Below are positions 34,330 through 48,129 of a DNA stretch of 64,000 bases, piece by piece. The DNA lies in the NCBI GenBank assembly GCA_013239625.1, contig MU053994.1, forward strand, positions 2,609,589-2,673,588. The letters run 5' to 3'. The stretch comes from Lama guanicoe. Lineage: Eukaryota. Position 1 is the first letter of the stretch. Each line of letters opens with the position of its first letter. Position numbers and translations under genes: made by a program. The notes under the pieces were generated by a model. That model ran no database searches. It saw only the letters and a list, made by a program, of their open reading frames with translations, and was not told where the DNA came from.

Positions 34330-37170
34330 AGAAGAAAACCCAAACTTCTCAATGTGGCCTCTAAAAGCCATCATTAACAGAGTGGCCCTTGCCTGCTTCT
34401 CCACCTCCATGTCCGAACATTCTTTCCTTTGCTCACATCACTGTAACCTCACTGGGTCTAGTACACGCCATTTCCTAAGGTGTTAGGGCTTGGCCACTGT
34501 TCCAGATACCTGAAACACCTGTTTCCCAGCTCTTCACATGGCTGGCTTCTCTTCCTTCCAGCATCAGCTTTAATGGGAAAATCCTCAGAGAGGCCTCCCC
34601 TGACTATATGCGATTAGGCAGGTACAAGGAAGTTCATTGCAGCATTGTTTGTAGAAGCAAAACAAAACGAAACACCTTAACTGTCTCTCAGTAGGGGAAT
34701 TAATAAGTAAATTACCTAACTCTTCAATTGAATGAATTAGACCTACATGAATACATCTTAAAAACAATATGGAATGAAAACAAGCAATCTTTTTTTTTTA
34801 TACCATTCCTATTTTTAAAGCACACAAAATACTCTGTAATTTAACATATTGCAGACAAAGTGAAAATGTAAATGAGGATGACAGACAACACCTTCAGATA
34901 GTTGTTAACTTTTTTAGGGAGGGGTCAGGGATGAGGTGATGCTTTATTGGTTATTAGCTATTAGTTATATCAAATGAGTTTCTCAAAGAACAACCGGGAG
35001 GAAATGTGACAATATTAATACATGTTGTAAATCTGGGGATAGAGATATGATTGTTATATATTTTGTACTTTTCAGTAGTTTTGAAATATTTTGTAATTTA
35101 TAGAAGTTTCACATGTTTCTATTAGTATTATTTACACAAGCTGCCAGAACAAACACCCCAAAATCTCAGTGACTTAACACAGTATTTCTTGTGCTCACAA
35201 AGTTCAGTAAATATGTACCTGATGGAGAGGTTCTTCTCTAAGTAAAAGAGAGATACATGCTGTTTTCATCTTGGGAAGCCATCGTTCTAATCCAGAGATT
35301 TTTTTTCTAAATGTCCATCCACATTCCATTAGCCAGAATTAGTCACATGGCTTATTTAAAGGCCAGGAAGCTGGGAAGTACAGTCTTCCTGTGTGCCTAG
35401 GAAAAAAAATGAAATGGTTTGGTGAACAAATAATATTGTCATTACCACAATATTAAGGTAGTCTTCTTTTCTTTTTCTTAGAGCACAGCCTCTGAAATCA
35501 GATCACTTAGATTAAAATCCTAGTTCAACCACTGATGCTCTGAATGCTCTCCAGGAAGTTACTTTATTTCTCTGGGTTTCTCGGTTTCCTCATCTGTAAT
35601 AATAGTATTTATCTCAGAGGATGATTGTGAAGAATGAATGATTTTTTTTAAATTGAAGTATAGTTGATTTCCAATGTTTCAGATGTGTAGCAAAATGATT
35701 CAGTTATACATATATATTCTTTTCAGATTCTTTTCCATTATAGTTTATTTCAAGATATCGAACCTAGTTCCCTATGCTATACAATAGGTCCTTGTTGTTT
35801 ATTTTATATATAGTAGTGTGTGTATGTTAATCCCAAATTTCAAATTTATTCTTAATAACATTTGCAAAGGGCTTAAAACAGTACATGATCTATAAATATT
35901 GACTATAATCATCATTATCATCACCTAGGAGCAATAATGCTTGTATTTGTTTTTTCACCTAATAGTCTATGAACTTTCTGTCTTCTCTTGCCCTCATGTG
36001 GCTCTCTCTCTGATATCCCCCAGCATCTAGCAGAGTGCCTAGCTGTCTGTCTTTAATCAGTGAATGGAACAGGTATATTCCTTCATCTATACATGGTAGT
36101 TTTATTTATATTGCATTAACTTATTGGGGATTAAGGTTAACTTACATATATTTACATGTGAAATGAAGTGTCTAGGATTTCTTTTGAAATAGTTCAGAAA
36201 AAAGTTGGGGGAGGTAGATGAAATAAGAGTGCAGAATGTTGACAATTGTTAAAGTTGATGATGGATACATGGCAGATCATTATACTCTGTTCTTTCTCAT
36301 CTTTTCTGTATGTGTGAGAATATACACGATAACAAAATTTGAAAATTGAGACTGGGTCATCAACTAAAGGCCCAGGTTTTTTTTAATAAATAGCTAATAA
36401 ATAGCAGTTAATATAGATCTACTCAATCTTTCAGATTTTAAAAACATTTTTGTAATTTATAGAGTGTTTAAAACTAACATTAAGAAAACAAAACTACAAG
36501 GAAACTTGAACTAGAACTCCTTATGAAAGAGATGAAAATGTCAAACATTTTAATAATTTTGGTTTCAGGCCTTGAATAAGAATGTTTCCAAGGAGCTCTC
36601 AAAATATACAAATTTCTAATCTTCAAAATTTCTAGCTATGCTAAAATTCGGTATCTATTTTTCACCCCACACAATTACCTTTTAAAAATTTTGTGGTGAG
36701 AACATTTAAGATCTACTTTCTTAGCAACTTTAAAATATACAATACCTGTTAACTATTGTCATTATGCTGTATACTAGATCCCCAGAATTTATTCATCTTA
36801 CTACTGGAAATTTGCACCATTTAACCACCATCTCCAATTTTCCCCACTCCCAGCCCCTGGCAACTGCCAATCTACTCTTTGTTTCTGTGAATTTGGATTT
36901 TTTGATTCCACATAAAAGTGAGATCATACAGTATTTGTCTTTCTATGTCAGATTTATTTGACTTAGCATAATGCCCTCAAGGTTTTATCCATGCTGTCAT
37001 AAATACTGGGGATTCCTTTTTATGGCTGAATGGTATTCCCGTGTGTGTTTGTGTGTTCCTATTTCACATTTTCTTTATCCATTTATCCATCCATAGGCAC
37101 TTAGGTTGTTTCCAGGTCTTGGCTCTTGTGAATAATGCTAAACATAGGGGTGCAGATACCTCTTTGTAAA
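34330..37170. mobile_element. Cluster of L2, L1ME, MLT1, MIR and L1 3'-end fragments
   Basis: L2 ~34330-34600; L1 ~34620-35100; MLT1-like ~35130-35450; MIR ~35480-35900 interrupted by minus L1 3' end ~35645-35850; minus L1MA-type ~36660-37170. Confidence 0.7.
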
Positions 37171-37327
37171 CTTCAATATCTTAAATAAATGATTTCTAAT
37201 GGGTGAATAAAGGAAGAAGAAGAGGGGTATTATTAGAAATAAAGAGAAGGGGAAGGAACCCACAATGAATACAATTATTACATTCCTCATTAAAAGATAA
37301 AAATCTCATCTTGCCTTGTCCTACCTT

Positions 37328-38680
37328 TGTTAGGGAAGAACCCCCAACCTCTGGATTGCAAGGAGTAAACCTGGCATCTACAGCTGCCGACAGCAGATCA
37401 TGTGATCAGAGTAAGATTCAGAACAGCAACAGCAGGGGCACCAGCATGGTAGCTCTGGCTCTCATGCCCCCAAGTTCCACGGAGTGATTCATTGGGCCCA
37501 GGTGGAGACTCTGTGTGCAGTGAGTTGCATCACAGCTGAGGAATCCAGGGTCAAGGGCTCAATGCCTTAATTCCTATCAGGCATACTGAAATAAGGTTAC
37601 ACTGGTGCACATACAAGGAGGTAGCTGAGGTGTCAGACACATCTAAGCAGTCCAGCTTTCCTGAGGGTGTCAGACAGAGCTGAATAGTCCCGCTATTGTG
37701 AGGGTGTCCAGCACAGCAGAATAGTTTTGCTCTGGCCACGCCCACGAGTTCTGTTTTCCTAGCATTCAGATGGGATGACAAATCCAGCAGCAAGGTTACG
37801 TTGCCAATTGCAGCCACTGCCTGAGTCAGGTGGACCGTGTGATTGTTTTGCAATGCTGCAGCACTGGATCTAGGGGACAAAGAAAGCATCAGAGATTCCC
37901 ATCCCCAAACTTCCTAGGGAATGATGGTCTTCCTTCTTCAGGTACCAGGGTTATTATTCTCTTTCCATGGCCACGTAGTTCATTTGTTCTAAGTCAGTAG
38001 CCACTCTTTCTCCCTAGATAGCCAAAGGTTGCTCTGGAGAAGGGGCTACAGTGGCCCCTAAAGGTGTGGCCACAATCTCTTCACCTGTGGGACAGGCTTG
38101 CTTCCCCCTTGACTATACCATTTTCATGAAATAAGAAGACTGGTGTGTGTTTCCCTTCCTTAATTTTGTCTTAGAGTGCAGTTTTTGCCTGGTTTGGGGT
38201 ACCCATCTTTATCCTGGGCATTTTGGGGCTGAGCTTCATCACAGTCTACAACAGAGGGCCTCCAAGTACTCAAACAAAGAGAGTGGAGTCTTTCTGCCAC
38301 TTGGGACAGGGAGGGTGCAGGTTGAAGTATCTTTTCAGCCATTCTCTGAAGTGAGAGGCTTATCATGAGGGCTGTCATTCTATCCATTTATAGTCATTCT
38401 GGAGCACCTACAGCACTCAGGCTTTGAATAGCTTCTTCCATGGTATTCCATGGAGTTTTTAATCAGTCTCAGGGAAGTCTTCCTGGGTTGGCCATAACAT
38501 AGTCATTGGAACAGAAATCCAAAGTAGCAAGGCTTGTTGAGGGCATAATTCTGTCCCAAATGAAGAGTCTACATAGTAGCTGGAGACATCCTAGCTGCTG
38601 CCATTCATCCTGCAGACACACCAGCCAGCTCTTCAACAGCTCCCCAGTCCATCAGTCAAAGCCATCCCAGGTGTCCTTTA
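37328..38680 (-). mobile_element. ERVL-class provirus remnant: partial 3' LTR (37328-~37560) plus internal/gag remnant
   Basis: Minus-strand WPTQEDFP..PWNTMEEAIQSLSAVG.PE* (~38490-38390) resembles ERVL gag WPT..E.P..PW...EEGIQRLRE.GMLEW; LTR part is similar to 46670-46870. Confidence 0.65.
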
Positions 38681-40723
38681 CCGCAGTGAGTCAATACAAA
38701 TGGATTTTGTCAGACCATAGATTTGTCCCTGGTGACCTTAGGTTGATTAGGCTAAGGTAATGTGGAGTGTCTACCAAAATATGACCGAGACCCTCACTGC
38801 CATGGACCGGGACCTCTGACTCGGTAATCATGTGCTTATCTGCAGCCCCTTACATCTCATCTACCGGAGGCACCTCTGTCCCTGATTACCTAGGTTTTAC
38901 GCTGAATCTGGATTCTGATGATTTCTTTGGCCCTTTGGTGTCAGATGTGTTGTTTTTCTGGGATTTTAGAGTTCTGATCAGACTTTGGTGTCCTCTGGTG
39001 AAATTTGGCTTTTAACATCCTCTTCTGTTGTCTGCATGTCCACCATCGTGTGTGTTGTTTGTCTGAGAACTTATGAGAAATTGACTTCGGAAGAGATCTT
39101 TGTAAATATTCTGCCTTCCGGGAGGCCGCTGATTCTGCCAGTTGGCAGTCGAGGTAACTGAACATTAGAGTTAAGGGCCCAGGTCATTTGTAAGTGATAT
39201 TTTCATGTTTGACCAAGTGTCAGCCAATTTCTCACAGCTCTGTTTGCTAACAACTTGTACTAACTTCTGGCATAACTTCACTGAGGACAATTTGGAATTG
39301 TAGTGGCCACTTTGGGCATCTTTGTCATAAATAAGATTGTTCATCTGAGAAGTGCTTTAGGACAAAAAGAGGGGAAAAAAACCCATGAGGAGACTGGCTT
39401 GTCTAAAAGAGAGATACCATGTTAATGGTCTTCCATATGAGTATTAGTAAGTACTGGCTTTTTGATGGTATGACTTGACAAAATTATCAAGGCTCTAAGT
39501 TATTGTTTAAAACACCTCTAATGACACTATCGTGGGTGTGTGCATATGACTATATGTCAGAATGAGTGTTAGCTTTTACAGTGATAATTTCATTCTAAAA
39601 CCTGTTCCTTCTGGCATTTTACATTTTTTTCTTTTCATCACTTGGGCAATTTTAAAGATAATTGATCAGAAAAATCATTCTGAAATTATGTGCATATTGT
39701 AGGAACATCTAGTACAAGATAAATAGTCACAAATGTCTATGAGAAAGAAAAAATATAACAAACTGTGTTTCACTTTAAAAATATATGACAAGTAATTTAA
39801 ATAATAGCCTTTGTTACTGAAGACTGTCTTCTCCTGGTTTAATCTATTAAAATTAATGCAAGCCAGTGTTCTAGTTTATATAAAACTAAGGCCAAACTTC
39901 TCATGATTTAGACTTCCTAAATTTCCTATATTGGTCTTATGGATCAAATAAGTTTTCATTGTTTCCACAAAATGTTAAAGATTACAAAATATAAAATGAT
40001 GTTTCACTAAATGAAAATTTAATGACAGATGTCTTTTAAAAGAGTTTGAGCTTATAAATGTCTTATGATTCTACAGATCATAAGGGCTTAATGTGTTAGT
40101 TAAAATTGTAATTCCCAGATCTTTAATTAACATTTGTTAAGGTTTTAAATATTAGGTTGAATTCATTGGTAAATAATCATTGGATACTTGGACAATTTCT
40201 AAGTACAAAAATATATAAAACGTTGGTCACTAAACAGTTTCAATTTACTCTTATTCTTATATATTATAAAACTGTTGAAAGTTAACAGAATGTTTCAGTG
40301 CTTTGAATGATGTTATGTGCTTATTTTGCCACCTTAAAATTTAGAAATATAATCTAAAAAGTATATTCAGGGCAAATTAGCTAGATGGTTCCTGGCTTCC
40401 TCTCTAGTGGTTTTCTCTGGGTCTAGGGAAAACAAAAGTTGGCTAGGTAGATTAAAGGACATAATAAAAGTGATTAAGGCTATACACAGTATAATAATTA
40501 CATGAAATACAAATATGTGTAAAAGAAAATGTTTTTCTGATAACAGATTTGCCTGTTGCTTAAGGAAATTATTACTTTGTTAAAATAGTAATTGCAATGT
40601 AATATGTATTTTATTTAATATGGTAACACTAATTTTTTCTTAAAGTTAAAATCTTTACTTTTATTGCCTATTTACATCCCTTTATATTTACATCCAAACA
40701 CATTCATATAAAAGTATATTACG

Positions 40724-43268
40724 GAATGATGTCAATGAAAATTGTGGCATAGGGAACTCCAGGGCTGCATCCCTCCACAGAAGCAACTAATGAGCTGCCA
40801 AAAACTATCATTATCAGCTTTCGCACAACTCAGGAATTTGGTCAAGCACTTATAACAACCAGAGGAAGGCTTGGTGAAGACAAAAGCTGCTGCATTGTGG
40901 GGAAAAAAGCACAGTGGCATTTTAAATTGCTCACCTACAATCCCCCATACCCCAGACTGACAGCAGCCGTAAGGACAGCAGCCCACACTCCTGCATAGGT
41001 TGCCAGTGCCTAAGGGAGCAATGTGGACCTTGGTCTCAAATAATTGTGGTTGTGCGTTTAGACTTGTCTGGCAGCCCCCATCAAGGATCTGCACAAGGCT
41101 CACCTTTGTTTTTCTCAACTCGAGCATTTCCCGGCCTGGGACAGCTTCCCAAACAGCTTTTGCCAAAAGCATTTAAAGGTCCAAGTACTGGCAGTAGCAG
41201 CCTTGGACAAGGGATGACAGTCAGGACAATAAATAGTCAGACCATAAAGCCTGGGGAGGAAGACATTGGGAAAGGAGGTACATGGGGGAATAAGGACTTT
41301 TAAAAGCTCCACCCGAGAATCAAGAAGGCCACATGCATGCCAGGGCTGGATGCATGCTCAAAAAAAGTCCTGAGAAGGCACTAAGCTCTCACCTCTGGCT
41401 TGCCTTCAGGCTCTGTGCAAGCTGGATGTGAAGGCTACAGTCGAGTTATAAATAGCTCGGCTAAGCACTGAAGGAGTGCCCTGACACTGAGCCAGTCTGC
41501 AAAGACTGGGAGAGGGTTTTCTTTTTCTTTTTTTCTCTCTCCTCCTCTTTCTCCTCTCCAGATGTTGAAGGAAACTCTGTCAAAACACTATCTGACCACA
41601 AAGCTAACAGAACAGACTTAGGTGGCCACATGTGACAAAGAATAGACTTTACAAAAACAGTTTAGAAAAGCCACCAAGCAAGCAAACAACAATATAGATC
41701 AATGGGATAGAGTTGAGAGTTTAGAAATAAACTCGTGTATCTATGGCCAATTGATTTTTGATGAGATTGCCAAGACCATTCAATGGGGAAAAGAATTGTC
41801 TCTTCAGTAAATGGTGCTGGAACAACTAGATATCCAGATGCAAAAGAATGAACTTGTTAAGAGGTACAAATTACTATGTATAAAATAAATAACCAACAAA
41901 GATATATAGTACAACACATAGCCAATATTTTATAATAACTATAAATGGAATATAACCTTTAAAAATTGCCAATCACTGTTATACACCTGAAGGTTATATA
42001 ATATTGTACATCAACTATACCTCAATAAAAAAAGAATGAAATTGAACCTTTTGCTCATACCATATACCAAAATGAACTCAAAAATGGATCAAAGTCCTAA
42101 ATATAAAAGCTAAAGCTATAAAACTCTTAGAAGAAAACATAGGGGTAAAACTTTACGGTCTTAGATTTGGCAATGGATTCTTAGATATGACATGAAAAGC
42201 ATAAGCAATAAAAGAAAAAGTAGATAAGTTGAGCTTCATAAAAAGAAGAAAGTTCTGTGCATCAAAGGAAACTATCAAGATATTGAAAATACAACTTACA
42301 GATAGGAGAAAATATTTGTGACTCATAAATCTTTTAAGTGTCTAGTATCCAGAATATATATAGAACTCTTACAATTCAACAAAAGACAAACAACATGATT
42401 TTTAAATGTGCAAAGACTTGAATAGACATTTCTCTAAAGAAGATATACAGATGGCCAATAAGCACACGAAAAGATGCTCAACATCATTAATCATTGGGAA
42501 AGTGCAAGTCAAATGATTTGAAAGTGTACAATTCACAATGAGATACCATTTCACACTTAGCAAGATGGCTGTTATTAAAAAACAGAAAATAACAAGTGTT
42601 GATGAGGACATGGAGAGATCAGAGCCTTTATAAATTGATGGTGGGAATGTAAAATGGTACAGCTGCCGTGGAAAACAGTTCAGTTGGTGGTCAAAAGTTG
42701 AATGTATAATTAGTATATAACAGAAATTCCACTTGTACATGGATACTTAAAAGAATTGAAAACAGGTATACAAACAAATACTTGTACACAAATGTTCATA
42801 GCAGCACTGTTCCTAATAGCTGAAAGATGGACACAATCCAAATGTCCATCAATTGATGAACAGATAAACAAAATGTGGTAAATCCATACAATGGAATGTT
42901 ACTGAGCCATAAAAAGGAAAAAAGAATTGACGTATGTTACAGCATGGATGAACCTCAAAAATATGCTCAGTGAAAGAAGCCACACACAAAAGGTCACATA
43001 CTGTATGCTTCCATTTATATGAAATACCCAGCATAGGTAAATCCATAGAGACAGAAAGTAGATTAGTGATTGCCAGGGTCTGGGGGGAGGGGAGAGTGAG
43101 GAGTGACTGCTTAACAGGTACCAGGTTTCCTTTTGTGGTGATGAAAATGTTTCAGAACTAGATAGAGATAATGGTTGAACAACATTGTGAATGTACTGCA
43201 CGCCACTGAATTGTACACTTTAAAGTAGTTCATTTTATGTAATATGAATTTTAGTTTACCCTGTTATG
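40724..43268 (+). mobile_element. Internally deleted old L1 (5'UTR fused to ORF2 3' part + 3'UTR)
   Basis: TSD AAAGTATATTA(C/T)G at 40711-40723 and 43269-43281; ORF2-like sequence begins abruptly at ~41690. Confidence 0.8.
41857..42029 (+). mobile_element. Short L1 3' end nested in older L1
   Basis: TSD AAAAGAATGAA(C/A)TTG at 41842-41856 and 42030-42044; ends 'caactatacctcaataaaa'. Confidence 0.85.
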
Positions 43269-44841
43269 AAAGTATATTATGAGTAATTTTTTAGAAGTCT
43301 ATAAATGGTAAAAAAAAATGGGTATATTCAATCTTGATAGGTTTTTTTTTAAAAAAGGCATTTAAGTATCTTGCTGCAAATTATTACATGGACTTTATAT
43401 AAAAAGAGTAAAATTAGATTTGAGTTTTCTTTCTGTAAAACAGCCAACTAATTCTCTGCCTAGATAACAGAGGTTTCTATTATGACCTATTTAAAAATCA
43501 TCAGACATATTTTGCTAAGACTAAAAATATTCTTTTTATTCTTTGTACTTCTTGCAAACTCTTGAATAATTTCAACAAAAGTTTCTTATTTTTAAATCCT
43601 AAAAATCACTGTTAATTATTACTGTGGTTTAAAAATATGTATAAAAAAATGTATATTTTTTATATAAAACTGTATCTTGGGTTTAAAAATTATGACTTAC
43701 ATTAAGGTCTTCTGTCTCCTGACAGTTCTTGACTTTGTCTTTCCCTTATCAGATCCTACATATGAAGTAATAGAACAGTTAAGAAGTCTTTTATGCCTAA
43801 ACTCTCTTTGGATTTCCTGAAATGGCCTCACAAAAAAGAAGGCTATTAGAAATGGATTTGGTTCTGCATTCTCCATATTTAAGGAACTCAAAACTATTGT
43901 GAGAATGCTTTTGTTTCCCAAAGTTATGATTGCTGGGAAGGGGTGGGGGACATGGAGGTGGAGGAGACCAACGAATCAGAAAAGTTCTGTCTTCTTAGGT
44001 TACTTACGTGTAAGTTAAATAGAGTAAATACATTCTCAATGATTGTGTACTTTTCAGGTTAAAACAAATATCCTCATATCCTCTGGTACAAAAATCTATA
44101 AAGTGAATTTCTTTCTAGGTTTCACTATCCTTGTCAATCAGGGACAATCCTGGTAAACTCTAAGATGTGAACCAAAAGGTGCTGGAAGTTTGTCACTGAT
44201 TCCACTGTTCATAATATGTTCTTACTCTCAGGGTAATTTTGACTATATCCTTATAAATTAATTGTGTTATTTCCCATGACAGGATCCCACTCCTTTCCAT
44301 TCCGCTAGTGCTGATTAACATAATACATTAGCCAGAAGTGTTCAGTCATATTACCAAGGCAGAGATAAACTGACTAATTTTTAAACCAGCATTAGTAGCA
44401 AAACTTTAAAGATACAGCCAAGGATGTTTTTGGTGCATGTCCTACCTGCCTATGCTATAATTTTGTGAAAACTTTGTAGGTGGGGTAGAAACTGGACCCA
44501 AAGCCTCCAGCCTCCCTTAAAAACTTCCAAATGTGTTTCATTTAGTTGCCCTTGGCCATGAGATAGAAATATGTTTGGCCATTATGTATCTATTTTTGAG
44601 GACCATCAAAGCTTATCAAAAAGTTACAACTTTAACGATAGCAAAAAAGTTGCTTGGCTTTGTTGTTTTCTACTTGGGAAATCTTGATTTTCTCTGTACT
44701 GATGGTGACACTCCCTTCTCTAGAACTGTTGCCAAACATCTTTGTGAGATACTACATCTTACTCAAAACCTCCATTGCCCATATTGCCTCCGGTCTTATA
44801 TTCAGTGGGTATGAGAAGCGTTTTCACTACATCCTCTAAAA

Positions 44842-45067
44842 CAGTGGTTCTCAACCAGGGGCTATTCCTCCAGCCCCAATCCAGGGGACATTTGGCAATG
44901 TCTGGAGACATTTTTGGTTGTCACAACTGGGGGTAGGGGTGCTACTGCCATTGAAGGGGTAGAAGTCAGGGATGCTGCTACATCCTACAGTGCACAGAAC
45001 AGCACCCTCCTCCCAACAAAGGATTATGAGCACAAAATGTCAGTAGTGCTAAGTTTGAGAAAACTTG
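44842..45067. mobile_element. MER20 hAT-Charlie MITE
   Basis: 'cagtggttctcaacc..ggggacatttggcaatgtctggagacatttttggttgtcacaactggg'; perfect 8-bp TSD CTCTAAAA (44834-44841, 45068-45075). Confidence 0.92.
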
Positions 45068-46669
45068 CTCTAAAACAAAGTCTTAACAGTGTAAAATCTA
45101 GAGACTTTGTCTTCTGAAAAAAGACATCGAAGAAAGACTTCCCTCCAAATTTGATGAGGACAATACCAGGTAACTAACACAATAATAATACTCCAGGATA
45201 TTGATTCTTGGACCCATGTCTCTCATTTAAAGAGATATAAGCCACCCTTAAATCACTGAAAGACTATCAGCTGGAGACCTCAAACTAAAGGTTCTTCTAA
45301 GTCCTTCAGAAGCAGATGACAGCATGAAGTAGACAGCTTTTGCCCAAGATCCATAGCACAAGATAGTTTTTTTCCTTGTCAGTTTAAGGTTTAGGTTATT
45401 GACTTCTTTAAGTATGTATAGAGCCTATTCTTAATATTGCTCTTTGAAGCCTTAATCACTCCTTGGTATAGATCCTACATCTGGCTATGATTTGCTCATA
45501 ATTTGGCTAAAACATACAATTAAACCAACTGTTGAGTTTGTACTCACTTTCTACCCAATTTCCTTTGGTATGGATTTCTTGTGATAAACCAGTTGGTTTC
45601 CTAGGTAATTAAACTCAATACTAAGTGACCTTATAGGTGACAAAGACATTTCTTTTAAAAATTAGGTAACTTAGCTAATACCGCCATATCTGGCTCCGTG
45701 GACTCTTCAGATTGGGGATAAGATCTGTTGTCTTAATTTGGACACCTTCTAAGTTACTAGTATTCTTCAAACCTTCTCTTAGTATTTAGCTGTGTTACAG
45801 TGTTCAAATGTGTGGTCTTTCGAGTCTTAAATGCTATTACCCAGGTACTGTCATGTAAACTGACTCACCAGTTCACCTGACAGTGAAAGAAATGAGAAGG
45901 ACTGACTAATCCAATTGCCCGATCAGCCTTCCAATCAGTGAAACTCAGACCGTGGTGCAGGTCTGGACTTCACAAAAGAATATCCTATGGATTGAATTTT
46001 ATAGCCCTTGGACAAAAGAAGGGACTGCGAAAGTAAAATTTAGCTCAGAGTGAGAAAGTAGAAATCTGCCCAGGCATTCATTAGGCTTGAATAATACACA
46101 GATAAAGTCACCTGCACAATTAACAGGAAATAATACTTCTCTCAAAGACATGCTGCAGGTATAAAATGTCATAATAACCACCTTCTTTGGGTGACTGCTG
46201 CTGCCATAGTCACTGAGAAAGTTTGTTCTCTAAAATCATAGGCTATTAGAAACTTTGCTGTTTGAAATTGCATCTTCAGGAATAAAACATCCCACTCTTG
46301 CCTGGAGGATCTAAGTCACTCTGACCTAGAGAAACAGCTGCAATCTCTACCCTGTGTGCAAATTTTCAGATAGTGGCTCTGGATTCAATACTCCCCATAT
46401 ATCCTAATCCAAGGGTTCACTTTGCAGCTTAGAGCTTATGTTGAACTCTTGTCATACAGCCTTGCTTTGAGCTTACCAAAACACCGCTTCGTTTAAACTT
46501 CACCAGAACTCCACCCTTTCCCCAAATTCCATAATGAAATCTACCTTTTCCTTCATTTGATGAGATGCCCCATAGTTCCCCTTGTGTCATCTCCCTCATC
46601 ACAGTGGGTCAATGAATCTGATTTTGCTACACTAAAAATTTGTCCTTGGTAGTCTGGGTGGGCTAACCC

Positions 46670-47098
46670 AGAGTAAATCTCCTACTTCCAAAGAGCCATA
46701 AAAGTAGACAAGAAGAGTTGATAAATCAGAAGAAAGCATTTTATTACAGAATAGAACACAGTAGGTGCATCAGCACGGTGGTACCTGTTCCTATGCCCCC
46801 AAGTCTCATGAGGCAATGAGCCAGGCTACACACATAGTGGATTGTGTTGCTATCCAGGGCCAAAGGCTCAGTACATTTTCTAGCAAGCATCAAACAAGCT
46901 AGACCCCTTTTCCCGGGAGTCCCCTTTTCCCAGAATAGTCATATTTTGGTCATCTTGACCAATTTAATTGCATACATGACTCGATAGAATACTCAGTAGA
47001 AACTATGCAGTCTCAGGAGATGGTTAGGACGTCATGTGGTACACTTAGCAAGGCCATGCAAGGATGCTTGAGACCCATGATAGACTACCTCTTCCACA
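46670..47098 (-). mobile_element. ERVL-class LTR (probable 5' LTR of the 37.3-kb element)
   Basis: Starts TGTGG on the minus strand; shares 'gagtaaa', 'catcagcacggtgg..atgcccccaagt', 'atccagggccaaaggctca' with 37360-37560. Confidence 0.6.
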
Positions 47099-48129
47099 AA
47101 CCAATGGAAAGATTTGTATAGAATTCATTTTTACTTCAGAAAAAATTTAGCCCATTACTTGTAGAGATTTTTGAACATGATAGAATGAACCAAAAAGGAA
47201 GGAAACTCCCACTTCTAAGCTAAAAGCAAAGTTGAGAGAGAAAACAATGCTCCTCAAGGACGTGTGAATCATAACTTCTGTTTGTATTTGATTGATGAAG
47301 GCTGCCAAAATTACTTCCTCTGAATGTAATCAAGATTGTTGAATTAGGCTCTATGGAGAGAGAGGTTGCAGTATAGCAACATGTTCACTAAACCAAGGGG
47401 CAGATTGCCAAATATTATGAGGATGTCAATTCTTCAGTAATTTCATGTATATATGTTTTCTTAATTTTTCAGAGTTTTATATTTTTGCCAGCCCAAACAA
47501 CCGGAAATGTATTTGTTGTATTGGACCCTAGGCTATATTGAATCCAAACTATTTGACTTGGAGGGCCACTGAGATACAAAACTACACATGGATGAATCTA
47601 TACCTTGAAATCTGATGTTGGGGTGAACATTTATCATCCCCTGGAATCATTATATAACAGTTTTTCACTACAGAAAAGTTCGACTATGTTGCCTAATATT
47701 TGGAAGCAAAATAACAGTTCTGTCATGCTCAATTCCCATTATCAGTCAGTTACTTCCTCTTTATGGACGTAGCATTCAATTATTCTGATGTTGTAGATCA
47801 TTATTTAATGTCAAAGCATTTCTCTTTGACGACAGAACACTTTTCCAGAGAGAACAAAAAATAAATAGGTTTAGGAGACCATGCAGAAAGCTGCATTTAT
47901 GAAGAGTGGCACTGAACACTAAGCCCATCTGTCTCGGGTATGTGGTTGTCCCAGCTCATTTACAGACTCCCCCAGCTCTAGACTGGCCTCGGCCAAACAC
48001 TAGATTAGGTTTCAAAATCATTAGGACTGTGGGCACTGGATCTGAGAAAAACAGGATAAATGAAACGCTGCCTGAGTAAAAACTAGTTGTACTTAATTTT
48101 TAAAAAATTCTCAAAGCCCAACTATCTCC

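Larger units (their letters stand above)
38684..46668 (+). mobile_element. Degenerate ERV1-class provirus (MER21/MER34-like, tentative) with insertions
   Basis: Stub of 5' LTR 38684-38757; gag matrix remnant FTEDNLEL*WPLW..NKIVHLR ~39270-39360; integrase CPTC, FQMCFI*LP, ORF 44533..44814 (TIAKKLL..DGDTPF..LHCPY), DSWTHVSHLKR ~45200; PPT AAAAGAAGGGAC then 3' LTR 46026-~46668. Confidence 0.8.

Noticed and set aside
38936..38950. TGGTGTCAGATGTG resembling a Leu-tRNA primer-binding site
   Set aside because: About 180 bp from the LTR stub and the match breaks down after ~10 nt; cannot support it as the PBS
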